Part shown: one piece after another, positions 57,299 through 64,000 of the stretch
How the letters are laid out: every line of letters starts with the position of its first letter
How positions within the stretch are numbered: the first letter of the stretch is position 1
Origin: Thermoplasmatota archaeon
Lineage (GTDB): Archaea > Thermoplasmatota > Thermoplasmata > UBA10834
Reading direction: 5' to 3'
DNA: 64,000 nt
Assembly: GCA_018818785.1 (NCBI GenBank)
Contig: JAHIRF010000002.1
Location: 135,874-199,873, forward strand
Notes under the pieces: generated by a model
The model's database searches: none
What the model saw: the letters and a program-made list of their open reading frames with translations, nothing else
What the model was told of the DNA's origin: nothing
Translations under genes and position numbers: made by a program

Positions 57299-58087
57299 AT
57301 GACGGCGGAAGAAGGGAACAGCACGGAAGAGATAATCAATTCATTGGGAGCGAGTCTGGGCGAACCGACGATAGCAGTTGTTGGCTGTGGAGGAGCGGGC
57401 TCGAACATCGTACATCGCATGTACTGGAAGCACAACAGGGTCGAGACCGTTGCCATCAACACGGATGAGGAGCACTTGAGAAAGACGGATGCCCACAGGA
57501 AAGTGTTGATAGGCAAGAACGTGTCCTTCGGCAAGGACGCCGGCGGTTACCCCGAGATCGGTGAGCACTGCGCAGAGAAGGCTCGCGAGGTCATACGAGA
57601 GGCGATAAAGGGCTACGACATCGTGTTCGTCGTCGCAGGAATGGGAGGCGGCACCGGTACGGGCGTAGCACCCATAGTGGCCAATGTCGCCAAGGAGATG
57701 AACGCGATCTCATTCGCTGTGCCGATACTTCCATTCGAGGTCGAGGGCGCCAATCGCATGAAGACTGCGGTGGATGGGCTCGCCAAGCTCAAGGATAATG
57801 CGAGCTTCACAATCGTGCTCGACAACAATAAGTTGATCGGCCTGGGAGACTCTCTGTCAGTCTCAGACGCTATGGGAGTCATCGACCGGAGCGTCATGAA
57901 GATCGTGGATTCCGTTTCGCAGCAGACCAGCTCGTATGTGAGCTCGCTCATGGAAGAGATATCAGGATTCACGGATACGGATGCATCGGAAGAAATGCCG
58001 CAGACCATGCCTTCAACGATGGAAGGACCGATGATACATGCGGATCTGAACCCGATGCTCAACAATTTCGGGCCTGGCTTCTTCTGA
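57299..58087 (+). CDS. FtsZ/tubulin-superfamily GTPase-domain protein. It is C-terminally truncated, with no T7-loop domain, and has an acidic tail.
   Basis: 'GCGGAGSN' (T1), 'GMGGGTGTG' tubulin signature (T4), and 'FTIVLDNNKL' match the FtsZ N-domain. The protein ends about 60 aa later, with no 'N-x-D-F-A-D' T7 motif. Confidence 0.65.
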   Translation: MTAEEGNSTEEIINSLGASLGEPTIAVVGCGGAGSNIVHRMYWKHNRVETVAINTDEEHLRKTDAHRKVLIGKNVSFGKDAGGYPEIGEHCAEKAREVIREAIKGYDIVFVVAGMGGGTGTGVAPIVANVAKEMNAISFAVPILPFEVEGANRMKTAVDGLAKLKDNASFTIVLDNNKLIGLGDSLSVSDAMGVIDRSVMKIVDSVSQQTSSYVSSLMEEISGFTDTDASEEMPQTMPSTMEGPMIHADLNPMLNNFGPGFF

Positions 58088-58121
58088 GAAGCCCATGGAC
58101 GAACGATCGGAGGGATAGCCC

Positions 58122-58529
58122 ATGAGACGCATCCTCAATGATTCCGGAAATTGGCTTAAGACGATTGACGAGTCAGAATGGAACGAAATCAGGAAGGACT
58201 ATCTCGAAGATGAGATCAGAAGCATATGTGAGCCTTTCGTCTTCGACCCGGATTCCGTCCCGGAGAATGAGGAGAAGTCGATCGGTTCGGTGTTCGTGCC
58301 TGCACGGTGTGGCACCGGAAAGCGTCTGAATGGAACCATCGGCAACGTGATGATGAAGAGGGTGTCTCATGATGATACGCACAGCTTTGAGGTTCACGTG
58401 AAGGTCTGGACCGCGTCCGGTCGCGAACCTCCGAGATTGGCAGATGTGCACGCGTGGAGATTCGATTCCGTACACGAAGCGGAGCGATTCATCTCGCCGC
58501 CGTCGAAGAATAACTTCGCTTGGGTATGA
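58122..58529 (+). CDS. Hypothetical protein downstream of the FtsZ-like gene
   Basis: 135-aa ORF. Confidence 0.3.
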   Translation: MRRILNDSGNWLKTIDESEWNEIRKDYLEDEIRSICEPFVFDPDSVPENEEKSIGSVFVPARCGTGKRLNGTIGNVMMKRVSHDDTHSFEVHVKVWTASGREPPRLADVHAWRFDSVHEAERFISPPSKNNFAWV

Positions 58530-58616
58530 TGATCGAACGAGAAACCCCTTCCGCGGGTGTTTTCAGATAGATTAAGACGACAAATGGTTTCTAGTCGCAA
58601 AGCGCTAACCATCTCG

Positions 58617-59717
58617 ATGAAGGCTGGCTTCGTCATCAATCCGATCGCCGGCATGGGAGGACCTGTCGGTCTGAAGGGTACCGACGGAATCGATGCGGTT
58701 GAAGAGGCCATAGATCGAGGCGCAGCCAGGACGGCTGAACGGAGGGCCATCGACTCATTGCAGGGAATCAAATCAGCAGAGCTCCCCATAGAGTTCGTCA
58801 CCTGTTCTGGAATCATGGGGGAGACCGCCCTTACCGCAGCCGGATTGGAGGCTCGCGTTGTCTGCAAATCCAAGCCTGAGACGGATTCCGCGGATACCAG
58901 GAACTGTGTGGCAAGGTTCATCGACGAAGGAGCTGAGATAATCATATTCGTCGGAGGAGACGGGACCGCGAGGGATGTTTTGTCCGTAGTTGGCTCAAGG
59001 CTCCCGATTCTAGGCGTTCCGGCAGGAGTCAAGATGCATTCCGCAGTCTTCCTTAACACACCCCAGGCCTTGTCACAGGTGATGGAGTCGTTCCTCAGAT
59101 CCAGATTATCTGAAGAAGCCGATGTGATGGACATAGATGAGGAGGCTTTCAGGGAGGGCAGGGCGATAAGTCGCCTATTCGGGGTGGCGCGGGTACCTGA
59201 CGACCGCGTCCACATGCAGACTGGAAAACAGTCCTTTGTTTCAGGCACGGCGGACGACGAAGCGTTGGAATTGGGGCGGTACATCGTCGACACGATGGAG
59301 CCTGACATCACGTACATAATTGGTCCAGGAGGCACAACTGCGCACGTCGCCAAAGCGATGCAGTCAGACAAGACATTGCTGGGCGTCGATGTATACAGGG
59401 ACGGATACATCGTCTGTCACGATGCTTCCGAGAGGGACCTGGAGGCAATCATGGCTTCAGGCAGACCGGCCAGGATAATCGTCTCGCCCATCGGCTCTCA
59501 AGGGTTCCTGTTCGGGCGAGGCAACCAGCAGATATCACCTGAGGTCATAAGACGCGTCGGATTGGAGAATGTGATCATCATATGCACGCCAACAAAGCTC
59601 CTGTCGACGCCTGTGATGAGAGTTGACACCGGAGATGCTTCATTGGATGCCCAGCTCAGAGGCAGCGCCAAGGTCGTGGTCGGCTACAAGAGAAGAAGGC
59701 TTGTGCGAATACTCTGA
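58617..59717 (+). CDS. ATP-NAD kinase-like protein (COG3199-type)
   Basis: 'IIFVGGDGTARDV' GGDG motif. The ORF extends upstream to 58557. Confidence 0.55.
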   Translation: MKAGFVINPIAGMGGPVGLKGTDGIDAVEEAIDRGAARTAERRAIDSLQGIKSAELPIEFVTCSGIMGETALTAAGLEARVVCKSKPETDSADTRNCVARFIDEGAEIIIFVGGDGTARDVLSVVGSRLPILGVPAGVKMHSAVFLNTPQALSQVMESFLRSRLSEEADVMDIDEEAFREGRAISRLFGVARVPDDRVHMQTGKQSFVSGTADDEALELGRYIVDTMEPDITYIIGPGGTTAHVAKAMQSDKTLLGVDVYRDGYIVCHDASERDLEAIMASGRPARIIVSPIGSQGFLFGRGNQQISPEVIRRVGLENVIIICTPTKLLSTPVMRVDTGDASLDAQLRGSAKVVVGYKRRRLVRIL

Positions 59718-59733
59718 TCTGATTCGGACTTGT

Positions 59734-60624
59734 TCATGTCCCCGAATCATCCTTCTCCAGAAGAATGGCCCAATTAGCCTCCACCGCGCTCTGTATCGAG
59801 GACACCTCAGCCGGAGTCAGATGAGCGAAACGCCCCTGTAGCTTCAGGTAGTCGCTCACTGGCAGACCCTTTCCTTTCCTCGTCACATGCACCTTCCCGT
59901 TCTCGATCTCGTAAAGGGGGAACACATGAGTATCGACCGCGAGTCTTGCGATCTCGATCGTATACATCGGATTGGCCTTCCAGCCAGGTGGGCACGGCGA
60001 GAGCGCGTGTATGAACTTCATTCCCTTGATGGCCTTTGCTTTCGCGACTTTCTTTATGAAATCCTCGGGGTGCGCCACAGACACCGTCGCCGTATATGGC
60101 ACTCTGTGAGCCTGCATTATGGCCATGATATCCTTCTTCTGCTCCTGCTTGAAGTCATGGTTCTTCCCGACCGGGGTCGTGGTGGTCCATGCCCCCCATG
60201 GAGTGGAACCGCTTCTCTGGATGCCAGTGTTCATGTATGCTTCGTTATCGTACATCACATAGATGGCGTCGGTCTGTCTCTCCGCCGCTCCGGACAACGA
60301 TTGTAGACCGATATCGACTGTCCCTCCGTCGCCAGCGAACCCGACTACGGTGACATCCTCCACCCCCTTCATATCCAGGGCGGCGCGCAATCCGGATATC
60401 GATGCGCCTGTGGCTTCGAAGGCCGAATACACGAGCGGAACCTTCAGACAGTTGCTAGGCCAGTATCCAGGCATCACCGCCCAGCAGCATGCAGGGATCG
60501 ATATGATGGTCCTCTCCCCGAGGCCTTTCAACAGGTATCTCATCACTAGGTTGGCACCGCATCCGGGACAACCCGTGCTTCCAGGATATGTGTGCTCTTC
60601 CTCTGGGATGGTCATCTTTGGCAT
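59734..60624 (-). CDS. porB: 2-oxoacid:ferredoxin oxidoreductase beta subunit (TPP-binding)
   Basis: 'CPGCG' and 'GDGG' TPP motifs. Confidence 0.8.
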   Translation of the reverse strand: MPKMTIPEEEHTYPGSTGCPGCGANLVMRYLLKGLGERTIISIPACCWAVMPGYWPSNCLKVPLVYSAFEATGASISGLRAALDMKGVEDVTVVGFAGDGGTVDIGLQSLSGAAERQTDAIYVMYDNEAYMNTGIQRSGSTPWGAWTTTTPVGKNHDFKQEQKKDIMAIMQAHRVPYTATVSVAHPEDFIKKVAKAKAIKGMKFIHALSPCPPGWKANPMYTIEIARLAVDTHVFPLYEIENGKVHVTRKGKGLPVSDYLKLQGRFAHLTPAEVSSIQSAVEANWAILLEKDDSGT

Positions 60625-61811
60625 CAATGCCACCTCCTCGGAAGACCCGCGACATCGACCCATTCGACATCGGTCTCCTCCCTGCGCTTGACGAAGAGTT
60701 GGATGTCGTCGAATATCTTCTCCAATATCTTCGGAGTTATGTCACGGCCACCCAGACCTGCTATGTAATTCTTCATCGCCGGCCTCTTCGGGCAGTCGTA
60801 AATCGATCCTTTGATCTCGGTGAAGAATGCACCTGAGACGCCGAAAGTATAGCTGCGATCGAGTACCGCGATGCCGGCCACCTTGCTTGCGAGTGCTCTG
60901 AACTCCTCGTGCGGGAACGGTCTGAACACCCTCAGTCTGGCAAGTCCTACCTTCTGTCCTTTCTCCCTCAGGCTGTCAACCACGTCCTTAGCGGTGGCAG
61001 CCGTGGATCCCGCGGCTACCAGTACCACCTCGGCGTCGTCGCAGCGGTAGTTCTCCAGCAGGCCCCCGTATTCCCTCCCGAACACTTGCTTGAACTCCTT
61101 CTCCACACGGAGTATCCTTTCCCGAGCCGCTTTCATCGCGAGCATCGCCTTGTATCTGAACTCCATGTACTGATCGGGTTTCACGAGCGATCCGAAGCCC
61201 ATGGGCTTGCCGATCTCCACCTTCAGCTCTGGCGAGAATGATGGTAGGAACGAATCGACGGCCTCCTGTTCAGGCATGTCGACCGGTTCGGATGTATGTG
61301 AGAGTATGAATGCGTCCTCTATCACCATCGCTGGAAGCATCACGTTTCTGCTTTCGCAGATCTTGTATGCCATGATCGTCGTGTCCAGGACCTCCTGATT
61401 GCTCGAACAGAAGAACTGCAGCCATCCCGTGTCCCTCTGGGCTATGGAGTCCATGTGATCGGCCCAAACGCTCCATGGTGGAGCCATGGCCCGGCTCACA
61501 TTTGTTATCACGATCGGCAGTCTTGCACCCGACGCCCACATGAGGACTTCGTGCATGAGGGTGAGGCCGTGTGAGCTAGTAGCCGTGTAAGTCCTCGCTC
61601 CCACGATGGACGCGGATATGCATGCCGCCATAGCGCTGTGCTCGCTCTCTACCGAGATGAACTTGGCCTTCAGCTCTCCGGTTGATACAAGCTCCGCGAG
61701 CTTCTCGACGATGGAAGTCTGAGGGGTGATCGGATAAGCCGCGATGACTTCCGCCCGAGATAGCTTCGCGCCATAGGCAGAGGCGTAGTTCCCGGTCATC
61801 ACCTGTCTCAT
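60624..61811 (-). CDS. porA: 2-oxoacid:ferredoxin oxidoreductase alpha subunit
   Basis: 'MTGNYASAYGAKLSRAEVIAAYPITPQT...SEHSAMAA' is typical of PorA. Confidence 0.8.
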   Translation of the reverse strand: MRQVMTGNYASAYGAKLSRAEVIAAYPITPQTSIVEKLAELVSTGELKAKFISVESEHSAMAACISASIVGARTYTATSSHGLTLMHEVLMWASGARLPIVITNVSRAMAPPWSVWADHMDSIAQRDTGWLQFFCSSNQEVLDTTIMAYKICESRNVMLPAMVIEDAFILSHTSEPVDMPEQEAVDSFLPSFSPELKVEIGKPMGFGSLVKPDQYMEFRYKAMLAMKAARERILRVEKEFKQVFGREYGGLLENYRCDDAEVVLVAAGSTAATAKDVVDSLREKGQKVGLARLRVFRPFPHEEFRALASKVAGIAVLDRSYTFGVSGAFFTEIKGSIYDCPKRPAMKNYIAGLGGRDITPKILEKIFDDIQLFVKRREETDVEWVDVAGLPRRWH

Positions 61812-62080
61812 TCGATACCCTCCTTGATCATCTCGATGCATTTCGCGGGACATTCAGCAGAACAGATGCCGCAGCCTTTGCAGTATTTCAAGTCGATGAC
61901 TGGCACGAAGTCCACGAGCTTTATCGCCGCATCAGGACAGAACTTCCAGCAGATAGTGCATCTCTTGCACTTCGATATATCGACGATTGGCCTGAATGCC
62001 CTCCAAAGGCCGGTCATGTTCATGGTACTTGGCGTGTTCGAGATCGGCGTCAGCGGTATCTCTTCGTAGCTCTTTGTCAT
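61808..62080 (-). CDS. porD: 2-oxoacid:ferredoxin oxidoreductase delta subunit (2x[4Fe-4S] ferredoxin)
   Basis: Two CxxCxxCxxxCP motifs. Confidence 0.8.
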   Translation of the reverse strand: MTKSYEEIPLTPISNTPSTMNMTGLWRAFRPIVDISKCKRCTICWKFCPDAAIKLVDFVPVIDLKYCKGCGICSAECPAKCIEMIKEGIE

Positions 62081-62634
62081 ACGGCAACCTCTCTAGTCCG
62101 CTCGTATGCTTCCCTGGCCGCCTCGACATTCTCGTCCTTCTTGACAGGGGCGACCTCCCGGATAATCTCCAACATCGCCTCTATTGACACCCAATCGCTC
62201 ATCTTGGCGAACCCACCCATGATCGCAGTGTTCACTATGGGAGTCATCTTGGATCCGATGCCATGTGTCGCGGCGATGGCCGTGGCGTCCAATGTATAGT
62301 ACTGGAATCGGTCCGATATTTCTGGGAGAGTCTTATCATCGGGGTAGTTTATCAGAACCTTGCCTCCAGGTTTGAGGCCTTCAAGGAGGTCCACGCCCTT
62401 AAGGAGAGTGCTGTCGAGCACGACGATGTAATCCGGTTCGTAGATGCTTGATTTGATCCGGATGGGATTCTTGTCAATACGAGCATATGCGGTGACTGGC
62501 GCGCCACGCCGCTCAACTCCGAAGAAAGGAAAGGATGATACTTCGAATCCCATTTTGAATGCTGCCTTCGCCAGGACTTCTGAAGCTATGACGACCCCCT
62601 GGCCGCCCCTACCATGAAACCTGACCTCAATCAC
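62077..62634 (-). CDS. porG: 2-oxoacid:ferredoxin oxidoreductase gamma subunit
   Basis: 'GRGGQGVVIASEVLAKAAF'. Confidence 0.8.
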   Translation of the reverse strand: MIEVRFHGRGGQGVVIASEVLAKAAFKMGFEVSSFPFFGVERRGAPVTAYARIDKNPIRIKSSIYEPDYIVVLDSTLLKGVDLLEGLKPGGKVLINYPDDKTLPEISDRFQYYTLDATAIAATHGIGSKMTPIVNTAIMGGFAKMSDWVSIEAMLEIIREVAPVKKDENVEAAREAYERTREVAV

Positions 62635-62756
62635 TCGGATGCACCAATTCGTGCGTTAGCGACTTCAGCATATTAAGTATTCTCTCACCTACTAGTACGG
62701 GACCTTGCATTGACATATCCTGGCACGCAAAGACGCGATTCGGAACGGATTTAGAT

Positions 62757-63227
62757 ATGAGATATGCACTTACACGAAATGTGAACAGGAGTTTCTCGTC
62801 TCTGAACGCCCGAGCGATCTGTCACTCGACCGAAGACGTCGAGAAGGTCAGGCAATCGATGCTCAATGCATTGGGGGAGATAGAGCTGCATGTTTCTGTG
62901 GCGAAGGGGCATCATGGAAATCCGATGGAGATAATCGAAGCGCGCACAGAAAAGATGCGTGAAATCGATGGTTTCTTCAAGAAGATGCAGGCAGAGGATC
63001 TTGAAGTGATCGACAGGACAATCGAATCGAGGATAGACGATGCATGCAACCTATTCCTCAGGTTGAGCAAACAAGATGCGTTTCATGAGATCATACGATT
63101 GGCCACCGATGATGATGCCATCGCCATCAGGATAAAAATAAGGGCATATCCAGCGAAGCGCGAGAGCGCCATTGTGCAGGCACGCGAGTATCTCGCAACC
63201 GCGCAAGACAAACTATCGAGTGCGTAG
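62757..63227 (+). CDS. UPF0201/COG1931-like putative RNA-binding protein
   Basis: 'ARAICHSTEDVEKV' N-terminal pattern. 156-aa ORF; the true start may be internal. Confidence 0.4.
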   Translation: MRYALTRNVNRSFSSLNARAICHSTEDVEKVRQSMLNALGEIELHVSVAKGHHGNPMEIIEARTEKMREIDGFFKKMQAEDLEVIDRTIESRIDDACNLFLRLSKQDAFHEIIRLATDDDAIAIRIKIRAYPAKRESAIVQAREYLATAQDKLSSA

Positions 63228-63297
63228 ATAGATGGCAAACGGCAACTCTTTCGATTGATTCTTATATGGAGCCTGGCATCCGGCATATGCGACACAA

Positions 63298-63382
63298 GCA
63301 GGGGTAGCCAAGTCCGGTCAACGGCGCAAGGCTTAGGACCTTGTCCAGCAGTGGTTCCGCGGTTCGAATCCGCGCCCCTGCA
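63298..63382 (+). tRNA. tRNA-Leu (anticodon TAG), long variable arm
   Basis: Acceptor GCAGGGG/CCCCTGC, anticodon stem CAAGG/CCTTG with loop CTTAGGA, variable arm TCCAGCAGTGGTTCC, T-arm CGCGG-TTCGAAT-CCGCG. Confidence 0.8.
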
Positions 63383-63452
63383 CCTCTTTTTCCACTGAAG
63401 GGCGTTCGACGCGAAAGAAACCGCAACTGCCTAGCTGTTTCCAATAGGGAGT

Positions 63453-63788
63453 CTATTTCGGGGTTTTGATTGACCGAATGACCAGAAATACTACTAAGGC
63501 GACAGGGGCAATTATGAGAATCGCACCAAGTATCTCTTCATTCTCGTAGATTAGAGTCACTCCAGAGACGACACCGAGAAGTAGTGCCACGAACACAAGT
63601 ACTCCGGTGACGGGTGGCACGGACCTGACTCTCCACCTCACACTCATTTCGTAAGGTTCACTTGCATGTACCAACCTTCTTGAAGATGGTCCGAAGCCAG
63701 CCATGAATGTCACAGAGATACGATTGAACCGAGAGGACATATAGGTTATCAGGGAAGCCCATGCAGCCAGAAACGTTATCAGCAGCAA
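63453..63788 (-). CDS. Small 3-TM membrane protein between tRNA-Leu and its partial duplicate
   Basis: 111-aa ORF. Confidence 0.3.
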   Translation of the reverse strand: MLLITFLAAWASLITYMSSRFNRISVTFMAGFGPSSRRLVHASEPYEMSVRWRVRSVPPVTGVLVFVALLLGVVSGVTLIYENEEILGAILIIAPVALVVFLVIRSIKTPK

Positions 63789-63808
63789 CCGCCCTACTAA
63801 AGGACGGG

Positions 63809-63860
63809 CTTAGGACTATGTCCAGCAGTGGTTCAGAGGTTCGAATCTGCGATCCGAAAC
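63809..63860 (+). repeat. Partial duplicate of the tRNA-Leu 3' half (anticodon loop to T-arm). Putative remnant att site.
   Basis: 'gcttaggactatgtccagcagtggttcagaggttcgaatctgcg' vs tRNA 'gcttaggaccttgtccagcagtggttccgcggttcgaatccgcg'. No 5' half or D-arm. Confidence 0.5.
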
Positions 63861-63940
63861 ATCAAGGGGCTCATAGGGTTACCTCACAAAGAATATTAAC
63901 ATCGCGACTCAATAATCAAGAAAGGTGTTCGAATGGAGTG

Positions 63941-64000
63941 CCCAAACTGCGGAAAGGAGCTGATGGCGAACGCAACGACGTGTCGTGCGTGTGGAAGCAC
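63941..64000 (+). CDS. Start of another zinc-ribbon protein (truncated by the window end)
   Basis: 'MECPNCGKELMANATTCRACGS'. Confidence 0.3.

Noticed and set aside
1-64000. CRISPR arrays, rRNA genes, IS elements with terminal inverted repeats
   Set aside because: No regularly spaced short direct repeats were seen. No 16S/23S/5S-like conserved stretches. No transposase-like ORF other than the tyrosine integrase.

Overview
This window reads as an archaeal (euryarchaeal-type) chromosomal segment, fairly GC-rich by eye and densely coded on both strands.

Core genes I can support:
- The C-terminal two-thirds of isoleucyl-tRNA synthetase, carrying an unusual ~330-aa extension.
- Both subunits of the aconitase-X-type phosphomevalonate dehydratase of the archaeal mevalonate pathway; the small subunit is fused to a Nudix domain.
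- The conserved cluster rpS27a-rpS24e-DUF359-Spt4-RpoE'.
- A membrane H+-pyrophosphatase.
- A four-gene minus-strand operon holding a KaiC-like ATPase.
- SRP54, TrmY and adenylosuccinate lyase.
- tRNA-Ala(CGC), followed by a ~9.3-kb integrated element. The element carries a rolling-circle Rep, nuclease-like cargo and a tyrosine integrase, and is bounded by an exact 16-nt copy of the tRNA 3' end.
- TBP and Tag glycosylase.
- A Dpp/Opp-type ABC permease pair with an anchored substrate-binding protein and no ATPase genes.
- An SRP (7S) RNA gene that no ORF accounts for.
- A site-2 protease.
- The cluster aIF6-L31e-L39e-PDCD5-S19e. L39e is absent from the >=60-aa ORF track and was found by translating the gap.
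- UbiX, leucyl-tRNA synthetase, a C-terminally truncated FtsZ-like GTPase with an upstream RHH protein, porGDAB, and tRNA-Leu(TAG) with a downstream partial 3' copy.

The most unusual signal is one ~120-aa DUF835-like domain present three times:
- Fused after helix-hairpin-helix repeats to the C-terminus of IleRS.
- At the C-terminus of a signal-peptide, multi-TM, RING-like zinc-finger membrane protein.
- As a stand-alone protein whose gene overlaps the start of the KaiC-like ATPase gene, in an operon that also encodes a four-zinc-ribbon protein and a wHTH regulator.

No CRISPR array and no rRNA were seen.
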